From Eubacteriales bacterium (lineage in GTDB: Bacteria > Bacillota > Clostridia > Oscillospirales > CAG-272): a DNA stretch of 53,359 bases. Made by a program: the position numbers and the translations under genes. The stretch covers positions 1-53,359 of the forward strand of contig JBJDZI010000061.1 of assembly GCA_051867925.1 (NCBI GenBank), in the 5' to 3' direction. Below the pieces are notes generated by a model. The model had not been told where the DNA came from. It did no database searches and saw only the letters and a list, made by a program, of their open reading frames with translations. This document shows, in pieces, positions 9,351 to 18,900 of the stretch (position 1 is its first letter; each line of letters starts with the position of its first letter).

Positions 9351-11354
9351 TTATTTGCCCGAAACTTCCTTTTTCGCCTTCAGATTGGATCTGAATCCCA
9401 TAAAAACTACTGCCGCGATGATGGCAAGTACCGCGATCAGACCGGGCAGGAACCCTTCGCCCAACGTTGAAAGGGTGATCAGCGTACCGATCTGGTACAC
9501 CAGAAAGGACAGAACGTATGCCACTCCAAACTGGAGTCCGACGCCGGCAAAGAGCCACTTTTTGCTCTTGATCTCGGAGTTCATGGCACCGATCGCCGCA
9601 AAGCAAGGAGGCGAGAACAGATTGAACATCAGATAAGCGAGTCCTGCAACCGCGGTGATGCCGAACAGCTCCACACCGCCGCCGCTTTGCATCAGTTCGA
9701 AATCCTCATTGACCGCCAGCGCGGTGAAAACAGCACCCAGCGTACCCACCACTTCTTCCTTGGCAATGAAGCCGGTGACAGCTGCCGCCGCCAACTGCCA
9801 CATTCCGAATCCCAGCGGGATCAGAAGCACCGCGAAGGGCGATGCCACAGAGTGCAGAATCGAATCCGTAGGATCTTCCACCAGCCCGAAACTCCAAGAG
9901 AAGTTCAGCATAACGGTGACGATGGTGTTGCAAAGCAGGATAATGGTCCCCGCTTTGACGATATATGCCCAACCGCGGGAGCACATGGACTTGAACGCAC
10001 CCCAGAAGGAAGGAATCTTGTAATCGGGCATTTCGATGATGAAGAAGGATTTTTTGTACTTATAGCCCGAGATCCACTTGATCAGCAGTGCGCCTAAGAA
10101 AATCAGCACGATACCCAAAAGGTACATCACGGGAGAAACCCAAGAGGAGCCGGGGAAGAACAGACCTGCAATCAGAGCAATAACGGGGATCTTGGCACCA
10201 CAGGGCATAAAGGGCGTCAGCATAGCGGTAGCTCTGCGCTCCCGCTCGTTGCGGATGGTACGGCAAGCCATGATGCCGGGGACTGCACATCCTGTACCCA
10301 TCACGAAGGGAATCACCGACTTGCCCGACAAACCGACTTTTTTAAAGATGGGATCGAGGATCACCGCCACGCGGGACATATAGCCGCAGTCTTCCAGCAG
10401 AGCCAGCAGAAAATACATCACCATGACCAGCGGTAAGAAACCAATGACCGCGCCCACGCCGCCGATGATACCGTCTACCACGATGGCTTGCAGTAGGGGA
10501 TTGGCACTTTCCATCAGATCGCCCACCCAGTCACCGAACAGTTCGATGAGGGTGACCAGACCGGGGATCTCCACACCGCCGACGGTCACACCTTCTGCCA
10601 ACCATGCACCCAGCCAGTTCTGGGAGATTTGGAACACCAAGAACATCACCGCCGCGAAGATCGGGATGCCCAGCCATTTGTTGGTCAAAACCGCGTCGAT
10701 CTTGTCGCCGACATTTTTGTCTTTGGTAAGTACCTTGCGGGTTTCAACCTCTTTTACGATCTTGTTGACAAATTCGAAGCGTTTACGATCAGCCGCTTCC
10801 ACCGCGGCTCTATCGGTCAGATCGATGATCTCCTGCTGATAGGGCGCTTTCTGCGTGGTATGTACGCGCGCCACCGCCGCCTCCACCACTGCCTTCAGAC
10901 CGTCTGCAGAAGTGGAAATGGTGTTGACCACGGGACAACCGAGCCTATCGCCGAGGGCTTGGGCGTCGATCAAGGTCTCTTTCTTGTCGTTGACATCACT
11001 CTTGTTCAGCGCAACCACCACGGGGATACCCAGCTCCAATATCTGCGTGGTGAAGAACAAGCTTCGGCTCAGATTGGTAGCGTCCACGATGTTGATGATC
11101 ACGTCGGGATTTTCCTGCTTCACGTAAGCACTGGTGATGCTCTCCTCGCCGGTGAAAGGCGACATGGAATAGGCACCGGGCAGGTCTACTGCGATCAGTT
11201 GCTCTTCCCCTGCGTAGTAGGATTTTTTGATCGGGTGTTCTTTTTTGTCTACGGTAACACCCGCCCAGTTGCCGACTTTTTCGTTTTTGCCGGTCAGGGC
11301 ATTGTACATCGTTGTTTTGCCGGAATTGGGGTTACCGGTCAGAGCGATTCTCAT
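9351..11354 (-). CDS. feoB: Ferrous iron transporter B
   Basis: GNPNSGKT, VGNWAGVTV, DLPG and NKSD G-domain motifs; PFMPCGAK and PCFAA gate motifs; GGAGGAG RBS. Confidence 0.97.
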   Translation of the reverse strand: MRIALTGNPNSGKTTMYNALTGKNEKVGNWAGVTVDKKEHPIKKSYYAGEEQLIAVDLPGAYSMSPFTGEESITSAYVKQENPDVIINIVDATNLSRSLFFTTQILELGIPVVVALNKSDVNDKKETLIDAQALGDRLGCPVVNTISTSADGLKAVVEAAVARVHTTQKAPYQQEIIDLTDRAAVEAADRKRFEFVNKIVKEVETRKVLTKDKNVGDKIDAVLTNKWLGIPIFAAVMFLVFQISQNWLGAWLAEGVTVGGVEIPGLVTLIELFGDWVGDLMESANPLLQAIVVDGIIGGVGAVIGFLPLVMVMYFLLALLEDCGYMSRVAVILDPIFKKVGLSGKSVIPFVMGTGCAVPGIMACRTIRNERERRATAMLTPFMPCGAKIPVIALIAGLFFPGSSWVSPVMYLLGIVLIFLGALLIKWISGYKYKKSFFIIEMPDYKIPSFWGAFKSMCSRGWAYIVKAGTIILLCNTIVTVMLNFSWSFGLVEDPTDSILHSVASPFAVLLIPLGFGMWQLAAAAVTGFIAKEEVVGTLGAVFTALAVNEDFELMQSGGGVELFGITAVAGLAYLMFNLFSPPCFAAIGAMNSEIKSKKWLFAGVGLQFGVAYVLSFLVYQIGTLITLSTLGEGFLPGLIAVLAIIAAVVFMGFRSNLKAKKEVSGK

Positions 11355-11434
11355 AATAGTTCTCCTCCTCAAATAGTACAGACTATATAATTATTCATTT
11401 AAAATAACTAACTTCCTTCAGATGTCCGCGTTTT

Positions 11435-11452
11435 AGTTAGTCTTAACTAACT
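11435..11452. promoter_or_regulatory. TTAG-N6-CTAA palindrome upstream of feoB
   Basis: AGTTAGtcttaaCTAACT. Confidence 0.65.
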
Positions 11453-11483
11453 TATGGACAAAAAACAATCGCCGGATTGTTTT

Positions 11484-11696
11484 TCAGATCAGGATCGCCC
11501 GGGCGAGCTGATTATCAATGTTGTATCGGGCATCCTTAATGGACACGATACATCCACCCTTCAAATGGGACACTACCGTAATGGTCTCCCCACTGTAACA
11601 GCCCAGCGAAAACAAAAAAGCGTTCAGCTCTTCGTCGTCGGTGTCGATCTGACGGATCACATATTCTTTTCCTGCAATAGCCTCTTTCAGCGTCAT
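11484..11696 (-). CDS. feoA: Ferrous iron transport protein A
   Basis: 70-aa SH3-like FeoA (FLFSLGCYSGETITVV) upstream of feoB. Confidence 0.9.
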   Translation of the reverse strand: MTLKEAIAGKEYVIRQIDTDDEELNAFLFSLGCYSGETITVVSHLKGGCIVSIKDARYNIDNQLARAILI

Positions 11697-11745
11697 AATC
11701 TCCCTCCGCTCGTTCTCTTTTTGGATTGATTCAACCGTGCTTCGA

Positions 11746-11830
11746 TTAGCATACGCTAACTCAAGTCCCGAAATTTCGGTTAGTATTCACTAACCTCCCT
11801 AATTATAGCGTTTGATCTTCCATTTGTCAA
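11746..11830 (-). promoter_or_regulatory. feo promoter with two downstream TTAG-N6-CTAA palindromes
   Basis: TTGACA(11825-30)-17-TATAAT(11802-07); GGTTAGtattcaCTAACC 11778-95; TTAGcatacgCTAA 11746-59. Confidence 0.8.
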
Positions 11831-11999
11831 GCCCTTTTTGAAAAATTTTTCCGATTTTTCCGAAAATGTTATTCTTGAAATTCCTCATCGGGAAGAGGTA
11901 AATTTTCGCAGGACGACAGGGGGCAAAAGCCCGCAGATGTCTTGCATTTTGACCAAACCTGTGTTATAATTAAAGATAACGATCTATTTGGGAGGAAAT

Positions 12000-14177
12000 A
12001 TGGAAAAATCCCTTCAAATCATTACTGAGAAAACGCTGACCGCATTGGAGCAGACAGCGGGCGCGCCCGTCCTTGTCAAGTCCCTGCGGGTGGCTTATGA
12101 TTACACCTACAATCGGGAGGTGCTGTTCATCAGCGCCGTCAACCAAAGCGGGAACACACTGCGCTCGCTCTATTTTGACCTTGCCTGTACCGACGACGCA
12201 GGGGATCCTTTGGGCATCGCAAACGGTGCCTGCATCCGCTCACTGTCGGTAGCCCCCGGCGATGCCTTCGGCGAGGACAACCCCGTGGTGATCCCCTTTG
12301 CAGGCACCTGCAACGTGACGCTGACGCTGAACAAAGCGGTCTTTACCGACGGCACGGTCTGGCGGGAGGGAGATGCTCCCATCGTATCCGCCCGATGTGC
12401 CGATGCCCCTGCCACCGAAGGTTCCGCGCCCCAAGCGGAGGATGTCCCCGCTAAGGTCGATGAGGTGGCTTCTGCCGAGGCTCCCGCAGGTGCTGAGGTT
12501 ACCGACTCCGCTTCTGCCGAGTCTACCGCCCCCGCAGAAACCGAGTCCCCTTCTGCACCCGCAACGGCATTCAAAGAGCCTGCACCCGCTCCCGCGCCTG
12601 CCGAGACCGACAAGCCCGCACCCGTGGCGATCCCCGACGAGTGGCTGAATCCTCCCGCTACGGTGGAGGGCTACCGCGCCGCCATTGCAGGGCTTACCTC
12701 TTTGGGAAAGGACGGAAAGCCCTATCTGATTCAAAAATTCACTCAGCTCGCGGACAAACTGGAGGCAGAAGCCGCCGATGCCGCCCGAAAAACCGCTGAA
12801 GCGGAGCTTGCCGCCAAGCGGGATGCCGATTACCGCTCGCTCCTTACCCGCAAGGCAGAAACCGCCGACCAGTGGGATGCCCTTGCCGCCGACTGGGCGG
12901 TGCTAAGCGGATATAAAGATGCCGCCCGCCGTGCCGATGAGGCAAAGAAGAAAGCCAAATCCATCCGCACCTCCGAAAAGCGGCTTGCCGCCAAGCGCGC
13001 AGAAGAAGAACGCCGGGCGGCGCTGGCAAGATCAGCCCGCCGCAAGCACGTTTTGAAGATTTCCGCCATCATCGGCGGATCGGTGCTTGCAGTCACGATG
13101 ATTTTTGTGCTGATCTTCGCCGTCATGATCCCCGCCAGCCGTCAAAGCGAATACGAAGCGGCTGAGGCATATCTGGAAAACGGCGAGTACACCGCAGCCA
13201 TCAGCGCATTTGAAGCGATGAACGGCTACAAAGACAGTGCCCAGCGTGCAATAACGATCCGTTTGGAACTGACAGGGCGCGAGGATGGCATCTTCCTCAC
13301 TTCCTCCCGTTATCCCTGTTACAGCATCCAAAACGGCGTTCTCTCTTACGACAGCAGTGAGTATTACATCTCCGGCGAAACGCTGACCGTTCCCGATTAT
13401 CTGGACGATCAGAAGGTCACCGCAATTTCTGCCAATTGCTTCGTGGGGCTGAAGAACGTGAACACCGTCATTCTGCCGCCCTCGGTCACCTCCATCGGAG
13501 ACGGCGCCTTCTCCGACTGCGCCAAGCTGACCTCGTTCCATGGCGACAATCTGATCACCATCGGTGCAGAAGCCTTCCGCGGTTGCACCGCGCTGACCGA
13601 ATTTGCCGTTCCCGCCAAGGTCACTTCCATTGGAAAGAGCGCATTCCAAGGTTGCACCGCTTTGGAGAAAGTATCCCTGCCCTCGGGCGTTCGGGTACTG
13701 GCAGACGGACTCTTCCTGAACTGCACTTCCCTGTCCCAGTTGACCTTTTCCGATCAGATTACCTCTATCGGTGCCGAGACCTTCGCCTACTGCACCGCGC
13801 TGACTGAGCTTGCCATCCCCGAAACGGTGAAATCCATCGGCAATAACGCCTTTCTGTACTGCAAATCTCTGACGACTCTGACCATCCCCGACAGCGTGAC
13901 CTCCCTCGGCGATAAGTCCATGGCAGGTTGTACCGGGCTGAACACCACCCGCATCGGTTCGGGAATCAGCCAACTTCCCGCCCGCACCTTCGAGGGTTGC
14001 ACCATGATGAACACCGTCTATCTGCCCGCGGTAAGCCAAATCGGTTACGCCGCTTTTGACGGTTGCACCGCGCTGTCCGATCTGTACTACGGCGGAACGG
14101 CGGAAGATTTCGCCAAAGTTGTGATCCTCTCCGACAACGAACCGCTGGCTTCCGTTACTCTGCACTACGAGGAATAA
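12000..14177 (+). CDS. Membrane-anchored BspA/TpLRR leucine-rich repeat surface protein
   Basis: Central TM; repeated IGxxAFxxCxxL LRRs; GGAGG RBS; TTGCAT-17-TATAAT promoter at 11942-11970. Confidence 0.9.
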   Translation: MEKSLQIITEKTLTALEQTAGAPVLVKSLRVAYDYTYNREVLFISAVNQSGNTLRSLYFDLACTDDAGDPLGIANGACIRSLSVAPGDAFGEDNPVVIPFAGTCNVTLTLNKAVFTDGTVWREGDAPIVSARCADAPATEGSAPQAEDVPAKVDEVASAEAPAGAEVTDSASAESTAPAETESPSAPATAFKEPAPAPAPAETDKPAPVAIPDEWLNPPATVEGYRAAIAGLTSLGKDGKPYLIQKFTQLADKLEAEAADAARKTAEAELAAKRDADYRSLLTRKAETADQWDALAADWAVLSGYKDAARRADEAKKKAKSIRTSEKRLAAKRAEEERRAALARSARRKHVLKISAIIGGSVLAVTMIFVLIFAVMIPASRQSEYEAAEAYLENGEYTAAISAFEAMNGYKDSAQRAITIRLELTGREDGIFLTSSRYPCYSIQNGVLSYDSSEYYISGETLTVPDYLDDQKVTAISANCFVGLKNVNTVILPPSVTSIGDGAFSDCAKLTSFHGDNLITIGAEAFRGCTALTEFAVPAKVTSIGKSAFQGCTALEKVSLPSGVRVLADGLFLNCTSLSQLTFSDQITSIGAETFAYCTALTELAIPETVKSIGNNAFLYCKSLTTLTIPDSVTSLGDKSMAGCTGLNTTRIGSGISQLPARTFEGCTMMNTVYLPAVSQIGYAAFDGCTALSDLYYGGTAEDFAKVVILSDNEPLASVTLHYEE

Positions 14178-14258
14178 GCACCCATCCATTCGTCTGCTAT
14201 CCATCAGATGAATTGGTCTGCATCCATTTGACGAATGATCTGCACACAGGAGGATCAG

Positions 14259-15542
14259 ATGAAATCCGCTTTTCCTTTTTCTTGCATTTCCCGTCGGCAG
14301 CAACGCCCCGTCGTCTGCGTCACCGCGTTGCTGCTTGCACTGCTTCTACTGCTCTCCTGCGGCGGTCAGCAGACTCTTGCCGCCACCACTGACCGATCAA
14401 CCACCGCCGTCACAATCGCTTTGATCACCACGGTGGATCCGTCCGCAGAAGTCACTGCCAAGCCTCCGATCACTGCAAGGCCTGCAATCACCACAGAACC
14501 CACGGTGACTACGGAACCTGCGATCACTACAAACCCTGCAGTAACCACGGAGCCTACGGTCACTACAAACCCCGCAGTAACCACGGAGCCTGCGGTCACT
14601 ACCGATTCCCCTACCACGGGCAATCCGCCGGAAACTGCTCCCATCACCCGCCCTGTCACCGACGAGCCTCAGACTGACGAGCCGACCACTCAACCCGCTC
14701 CAATCACCACGCCCGATTCCGATGAGGCGCGCTATGCAAAGCAATCCCGCAATGCCGCCTATGTTCTGCTATACGATCTGACCGAAGGAAAGATTCTCTA
14801 TTCCACAGGCAACGAGCAACAGATCTATCCCGCCTCCACTACCAAATTGCTGACGCTCCGCTACGCGCTGACGCTGGTGGATGAATCCACTGTCTTTACG
14901 GTGGGAGACGAGATTGATCTTGCTCCCTACGATTCCTCCAAAGCCAAGATCCGCCAAGGGGAACAATACACCTGCACCGACATCGCAGCGGCGCTTCTGT
15001 TACCCTCGGGCAACGATGCAGCCTACACCCTTGCCGCCCATTGCGGCAGATTGCTGGCGGAGGATCAATCGTTACCCGCCGCCGATGCCGTCGCCCGCTT
15101 TATGGAAGGGCTGAACGCTTACGCCGCCACGCTGGGGCTTGAAGGTACCCATTTCGTCACCCCCGACGGTTATCACGATGAGGCTCATGTTACCACGATG
15201 GAGGACATCCTGCAGATCAGCCTGTTGGCAAGCTCCCATCCTCTGCTGAAATCTGTGATGGGAATGCCCACTTACAAGGTCACCGATCTTGTAAGCGGGC
15301 GCACCCAGACCTGGACAAACACCAATCTGCTACTGCAATCGGATAACCAATCCTATTATCCATACGCGACCGGAGGAAAAACCGGCTTTCACACCCCCGC
15401 CGGTGCCTGTCTGATTGCCACCGCCCGGAAGGACGGCAGAGAGCTGATGGTGCTGATTTTTAAATGCACCGACAAAAACAGTCGCTTCACCGATGCCAAA
15501 AACTTTTTGGAGTTGGGATTTTCCCTTCAAGGTCCCGCCTGA
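14259..15542 (+). CDS. D-alanyl-D-alanine carboxypeptidase (peptidase S11), probable lipoprotein with Thr/Pro linker
   Basis: PASTTK (SxxK), SGN and KTG motifs; LLSC lipobox-like site; GGAGG RBS. Confidence 0.88.
   Translation: MKSAFPFSCISRRQQRPVVCVTALLLALLLLLSCGGQQTLAATTDRSTTAVTIALITTVDPSAEVTAKPPITARPAITTEPTVTTEPAITTNPAVTTEPTVTTNPAVTTEPAVTTDSPTTGNPPETAPITRPVTDEPQTDEPTTQPAPITTPDSDEARYAKQSRNAAYVLLYDLTEGKILYSTGNEQQIYPASTTKLLTLRYALTLVDESTVFTVGDEIDLAPYDSSKAKIRQGEQYTCTDIAAALLLPSGNDAAYTLAAHCGRLLAEDQSLPAADAVARFMEGLNAYAATLGLEGTHFVTPDGYHDEAHVTTMEDILQISLLASSHPLLKSVMGMPTYKVTDLVSGRTQTWTNTNLLLQSDNQSYYPYATGGKTGFHTPAGACLIATARKDGRELMVLIFKCTDKNSRFTDAKNFLELGFSLQGPA
14472..14606 (+). repeat. In-frame 18-bp tandem repeats (TT[E/N]P[A/T][V/I])
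   Basis: About 7 imperfect hexapeptide units in the linker. Confidence 0.8.
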
Positions 15543-15560
15543 GTTTCATCTATCATCAAC

Positions 15561-15596
15561 CACCCCGCCGTGTACACACGGTCGGGGCGTTTTTTT
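15561..15596 (+). terminator. Intrinsic terminator
   Basis: GC-rich stem followed by T7 after the carboxypeptidase stop. Confidence 0.65.
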
Positions 15597-15795
15597 CGCT
15601 GCGCCAAGCATGGCACCTCCAAGAACCTTATGAAAAGAGCGGCAAATCCCAAATATCCCGAGAAATTCGGCAGAGTCAAATCCTCTGAAAAATGGTGCTG
15701 TCGCAATAAGTCCCCTGAGCGAATACAACTGTTATTCCGCCCCCAAGGTGAACCGACAGAGTGTTTCTTTGTTCAAATCCTTCGCCTCTGAGAGG

Positions 15796-15870
15796 AGGGG
15801 AAAACCATCTCAGACGCCGAAGTTTTTCCCCTTCCTCCAGACCTCCAACCCCATTCCTTGGCTGGCGGCA
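15796..15870 (-). mobile_element. Partial copy of the 140-bp MITE-like element (TIRs missing)
   Basis: Near-identical to 53180-53254. Confidence 0.8.
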
Positions 15871-15883
15871 ATTTCCCCAAAAA

Positions 15884-15980
15884 AGGACGGCAAGTATTTG
15901 CCGTCCTATCAATAGTATTTGGAGTACCAAGAACCTTTTTTTCAAAAGGTTCTTGGTAGGGTTTGGGGCGAACCCCCAAT
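15884..15980 (+). repeat. Three-hairpin REP-like cassette, copy 1
   Basis: AGGACGGCAA-gtat-TTGCCGTCCT; CCAAGAACCTTTT..AAAAGGTTCTTGG; GGGTTTGGGGCGAACCCC. Confidence 0.7.
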
Positions 15981-15995
15981 TTGATTCCAATTACC

Positions 15996-18900
15996 TTACT
16001 GCTTGACTTCGGTGCCCATGACCTTAACTTCGGTCAACGCCGCATAGGGAGTCGTCGCACCGGCGGTCTCCACGGTAAAGCCCGAGAGCTTAATGGAGGA
16101 GGTGGTCACGCCGCCCAAATCGATCACCTGCTCCAGAGCGGAGTTGGTCAGGTTGATCTGTTTAGTAGTGCCATCCGAGAAGGTAACGGTGCAGCCGGTA
16201 AAGTAGGAGTCATGGGGGAAGTCCGCACGGATCACAACCACCAGTTCATTGACAGTCACTTCTCTACCGAAGTCGATAGTGAGGTGATCGGTGGCTTTCA
16301 CGTTGCTGCTCGGACCCCAAGACTGGTAAGGATACTCGCCGTGGCCCTTGTTGGCGGTGAAGCCGTCGATGGCACAGCGGGCTGCCCAGTACAGATTGTT
16401 GTCGTTGACATTGCTGGTGGATGCGTGAGGATATGCACCCTTGGCATCGGTCAAATCGTAGGGATTCAGCGCCAGATTGTGTTCCTTTGCCAGTTCTTCT
16501 GCAGTCACCAGACGTGCGGTGATGGTGTTGTTCTTGTAGTTAACACCGGAAGTGGGATCCATCGTGTTGGGGAAGATCACACCGGTGTTGGGGAAGGTGT
16601 AGGTGAACTTACCGTCGGGGCAGTAGATGATCGCTTCGCCCACTCTGGAGTTGAGGCAGAGAGCCACATACTTTTCGCCTTCGGGAAGGGTGATGACCAG
16701 CTTATCGTTGGCGGAATACTTATCAGAGGTGTAGAGAATGACCATTCCCTCGCCGGTAGCAGTATATACATCCTTCTTGGCTGTGGTGTACTCGATCTTG
16801 ATCTCGCCGGTGCCGGTAGTCGCACCTGCACGAGCCAGCTTCGCGTACTCGTCCAGCTTGTCGTACAGCTCGCGCTTGTGGAGTTCTTCCTCATACTCGC
16901 GAACGTCGTTGCCGTCCCATGCGTCGCGGACGTAGTAAGAGCCGTAGCAGGGGATGCACAGGTCGATCCAACAAGCGATTGCCCGGATCTCGGCATCAGA
17001 CAGATTGCCGTGACCTGCGCGGAGCTTGGTGATCAGTTTAGACTTGGAAGAGCCGTACTTGTTGGGCTGGAGAATCTCGCTCTTGCTCATGGAGGAGATG
17101 TAGTTAATGTACTGGCTGGATTCGGAGAGCCACTGCTTATTGCTGTCGGTCTTGGAGCCGGTCAGCACCAGATAACTCAGGGGGAAGTATTTGCGCATAC
17201 GCTGACCGATTACGGGAGTTCCCTCCAGAGAGAACTTCGCATCGCTGGTGCCGCTGCCGGAAACGGAGGTCTCCGCGTACAGAGAAGCGTCCAGTTCGTA
17301 GCCGCCGGCGTGTTGATGCACGCTGACTGCCAGCACGTTGGTGCCCTTCACCAAATACTTGGATGCGCTGCCAACGGTAATAGTCTGGTAATTGTCAAGC
17401 CAGTTGCCGTCCGAGTGGATGAGGTTACCGTTCAGATAGAATTTTACATCATCGTCGTAGAAGGTGTTCAGATACAGTGTCGCATCCTTCAACGCATTCA
17501 GATCGTCCACGGTGAAGGTCTTGATCGCCCACAGATAATCGTTGCCGTCCTGCCCCCAGCCGGATGCGCCGTTGCCGCCTGCACGGTTGCCCAGAGGCGT
17601 GGTAGCGTTCTTCCAACCGGTGGTGCTGTAACCGACCTTCGTCCAATCAGTGCCGGTGATCTCTTCGGTGGAGGATACCTTCACCTTCCAAGAGGTCTTG
17701 CCTTCTACCAAATTGGTGGTGGAGCCAAGGCTTGTGCCTGCCAGCAGTTCCAGATCAAAGAACTGACCTTCGTCGCCTGCAGTAACCTTCACCGCGATGG
17801 TGTTCTGACCCACTTTGCAAGCATTGCGGGCGGTATCGTTGAGTTCAATGGTGGTGTAATCTGCCACGGCAGTATTGCCGGTGTAAATCTTGGTGCCGTT
17901 GATGTAGATCTCGATCTTGTTGTTGTAGGCAACATTCATGACCATCGCGCACTTTTCCAGATCGTACTGGGTAAGGGTAACGGTCTTGCGGAGCCAGATA
18001 CTGCCGGAGGACTTCCAGATCGTATTGATCATACCGGGATCGGTGCCGATCTTACCGAAGGGAGCGTAGGAAACATCCCAAGCGGAGCTATCGTAGGAAG
18101 CCGATGTCCAAGCGCCGGAGGGTGCGGTAGTGGTATAACTCCAATCGTCGCGCTGACCGATGACGGTGTCGGCGGCAGACAGATCCACGTTGTTCATGGC
18201 AGAAGCGTTGATTTTATCGTAGGAAGCCTTGGAGTCGGAGTGACAGGTAATGCAGTTTGCATCCAGAATGGGCTGTACCACTTCCAGATAATCAAAGCCC
18301 TTGACGGTAGAAGAATCGTAAGCGTTCTGATCCTCGTAGGATTCGACTGCTTCCATCCACAGATCGGGACGGATCTCCTGCACGCCTGCCTTCATCGCCT
18401 GGGTGATACCCGACTGGGTAGAAGGTGCGTAGTTCTTGTCCAAATGGCATCCCACGCAGGAGAAGTATTCACCGGGCTGGAGGGTAGACCAGCTTCGCAT
18501 GGTCTGAATCATATCGCCGTTTTCATCCAATAGCTGGAAGTACAGCGGCGTTTCCGACGGTGCGGTGAACATCGCCGAGCCGTCCGGGTAAACGTCTACG
18601 ATTCCCAGAACTTTCTTCACGTCCCATGAACCGTTACCTGTTGCAATGGGGGAGAACGGGTCGGAACCGCCGGTGCCTCTGCCCACGGTGGCACCGATGG
18701 CAGAAGAACGGAATTCCAGCGCAACGACGCGCAAATATTTGACAGAGCCGACGGCAACGCCCTTCATGGACTCGCCCTCATAGACGTTGCCCACGTAGTA
18801 GGTGCCGTAGTCGCTGTTGTAATTGACAAGGCTGGCGCGGTTGAACATGGGATTGTTCTTCACCAAAGCCACTTGGCTTGCGGGGTATGTTTCCGAGCCT

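Noticed and set aside
15676-16006. Short ORFs sharing 'RNGVGGLEEGEKLRR.RWFSP' (also 22583-22873, 29570-29974, 53093-53356)
   Set aside because: Translations of the non-coding 140-bp repeat; starts and stops are not conserved between copies
15963-18533. 856-aa plus-strand ORF (also 19996-22137, 22779-25130, 25315-27096, 27023-28384, 31658-33058, 36287-37654, 37860-39215, 4588-5850, and 13032-14303 on the minus strand)
   Set aside because: Antisense shadows of well-supported genes with biased codon usage; no recognisable motifs or RBS
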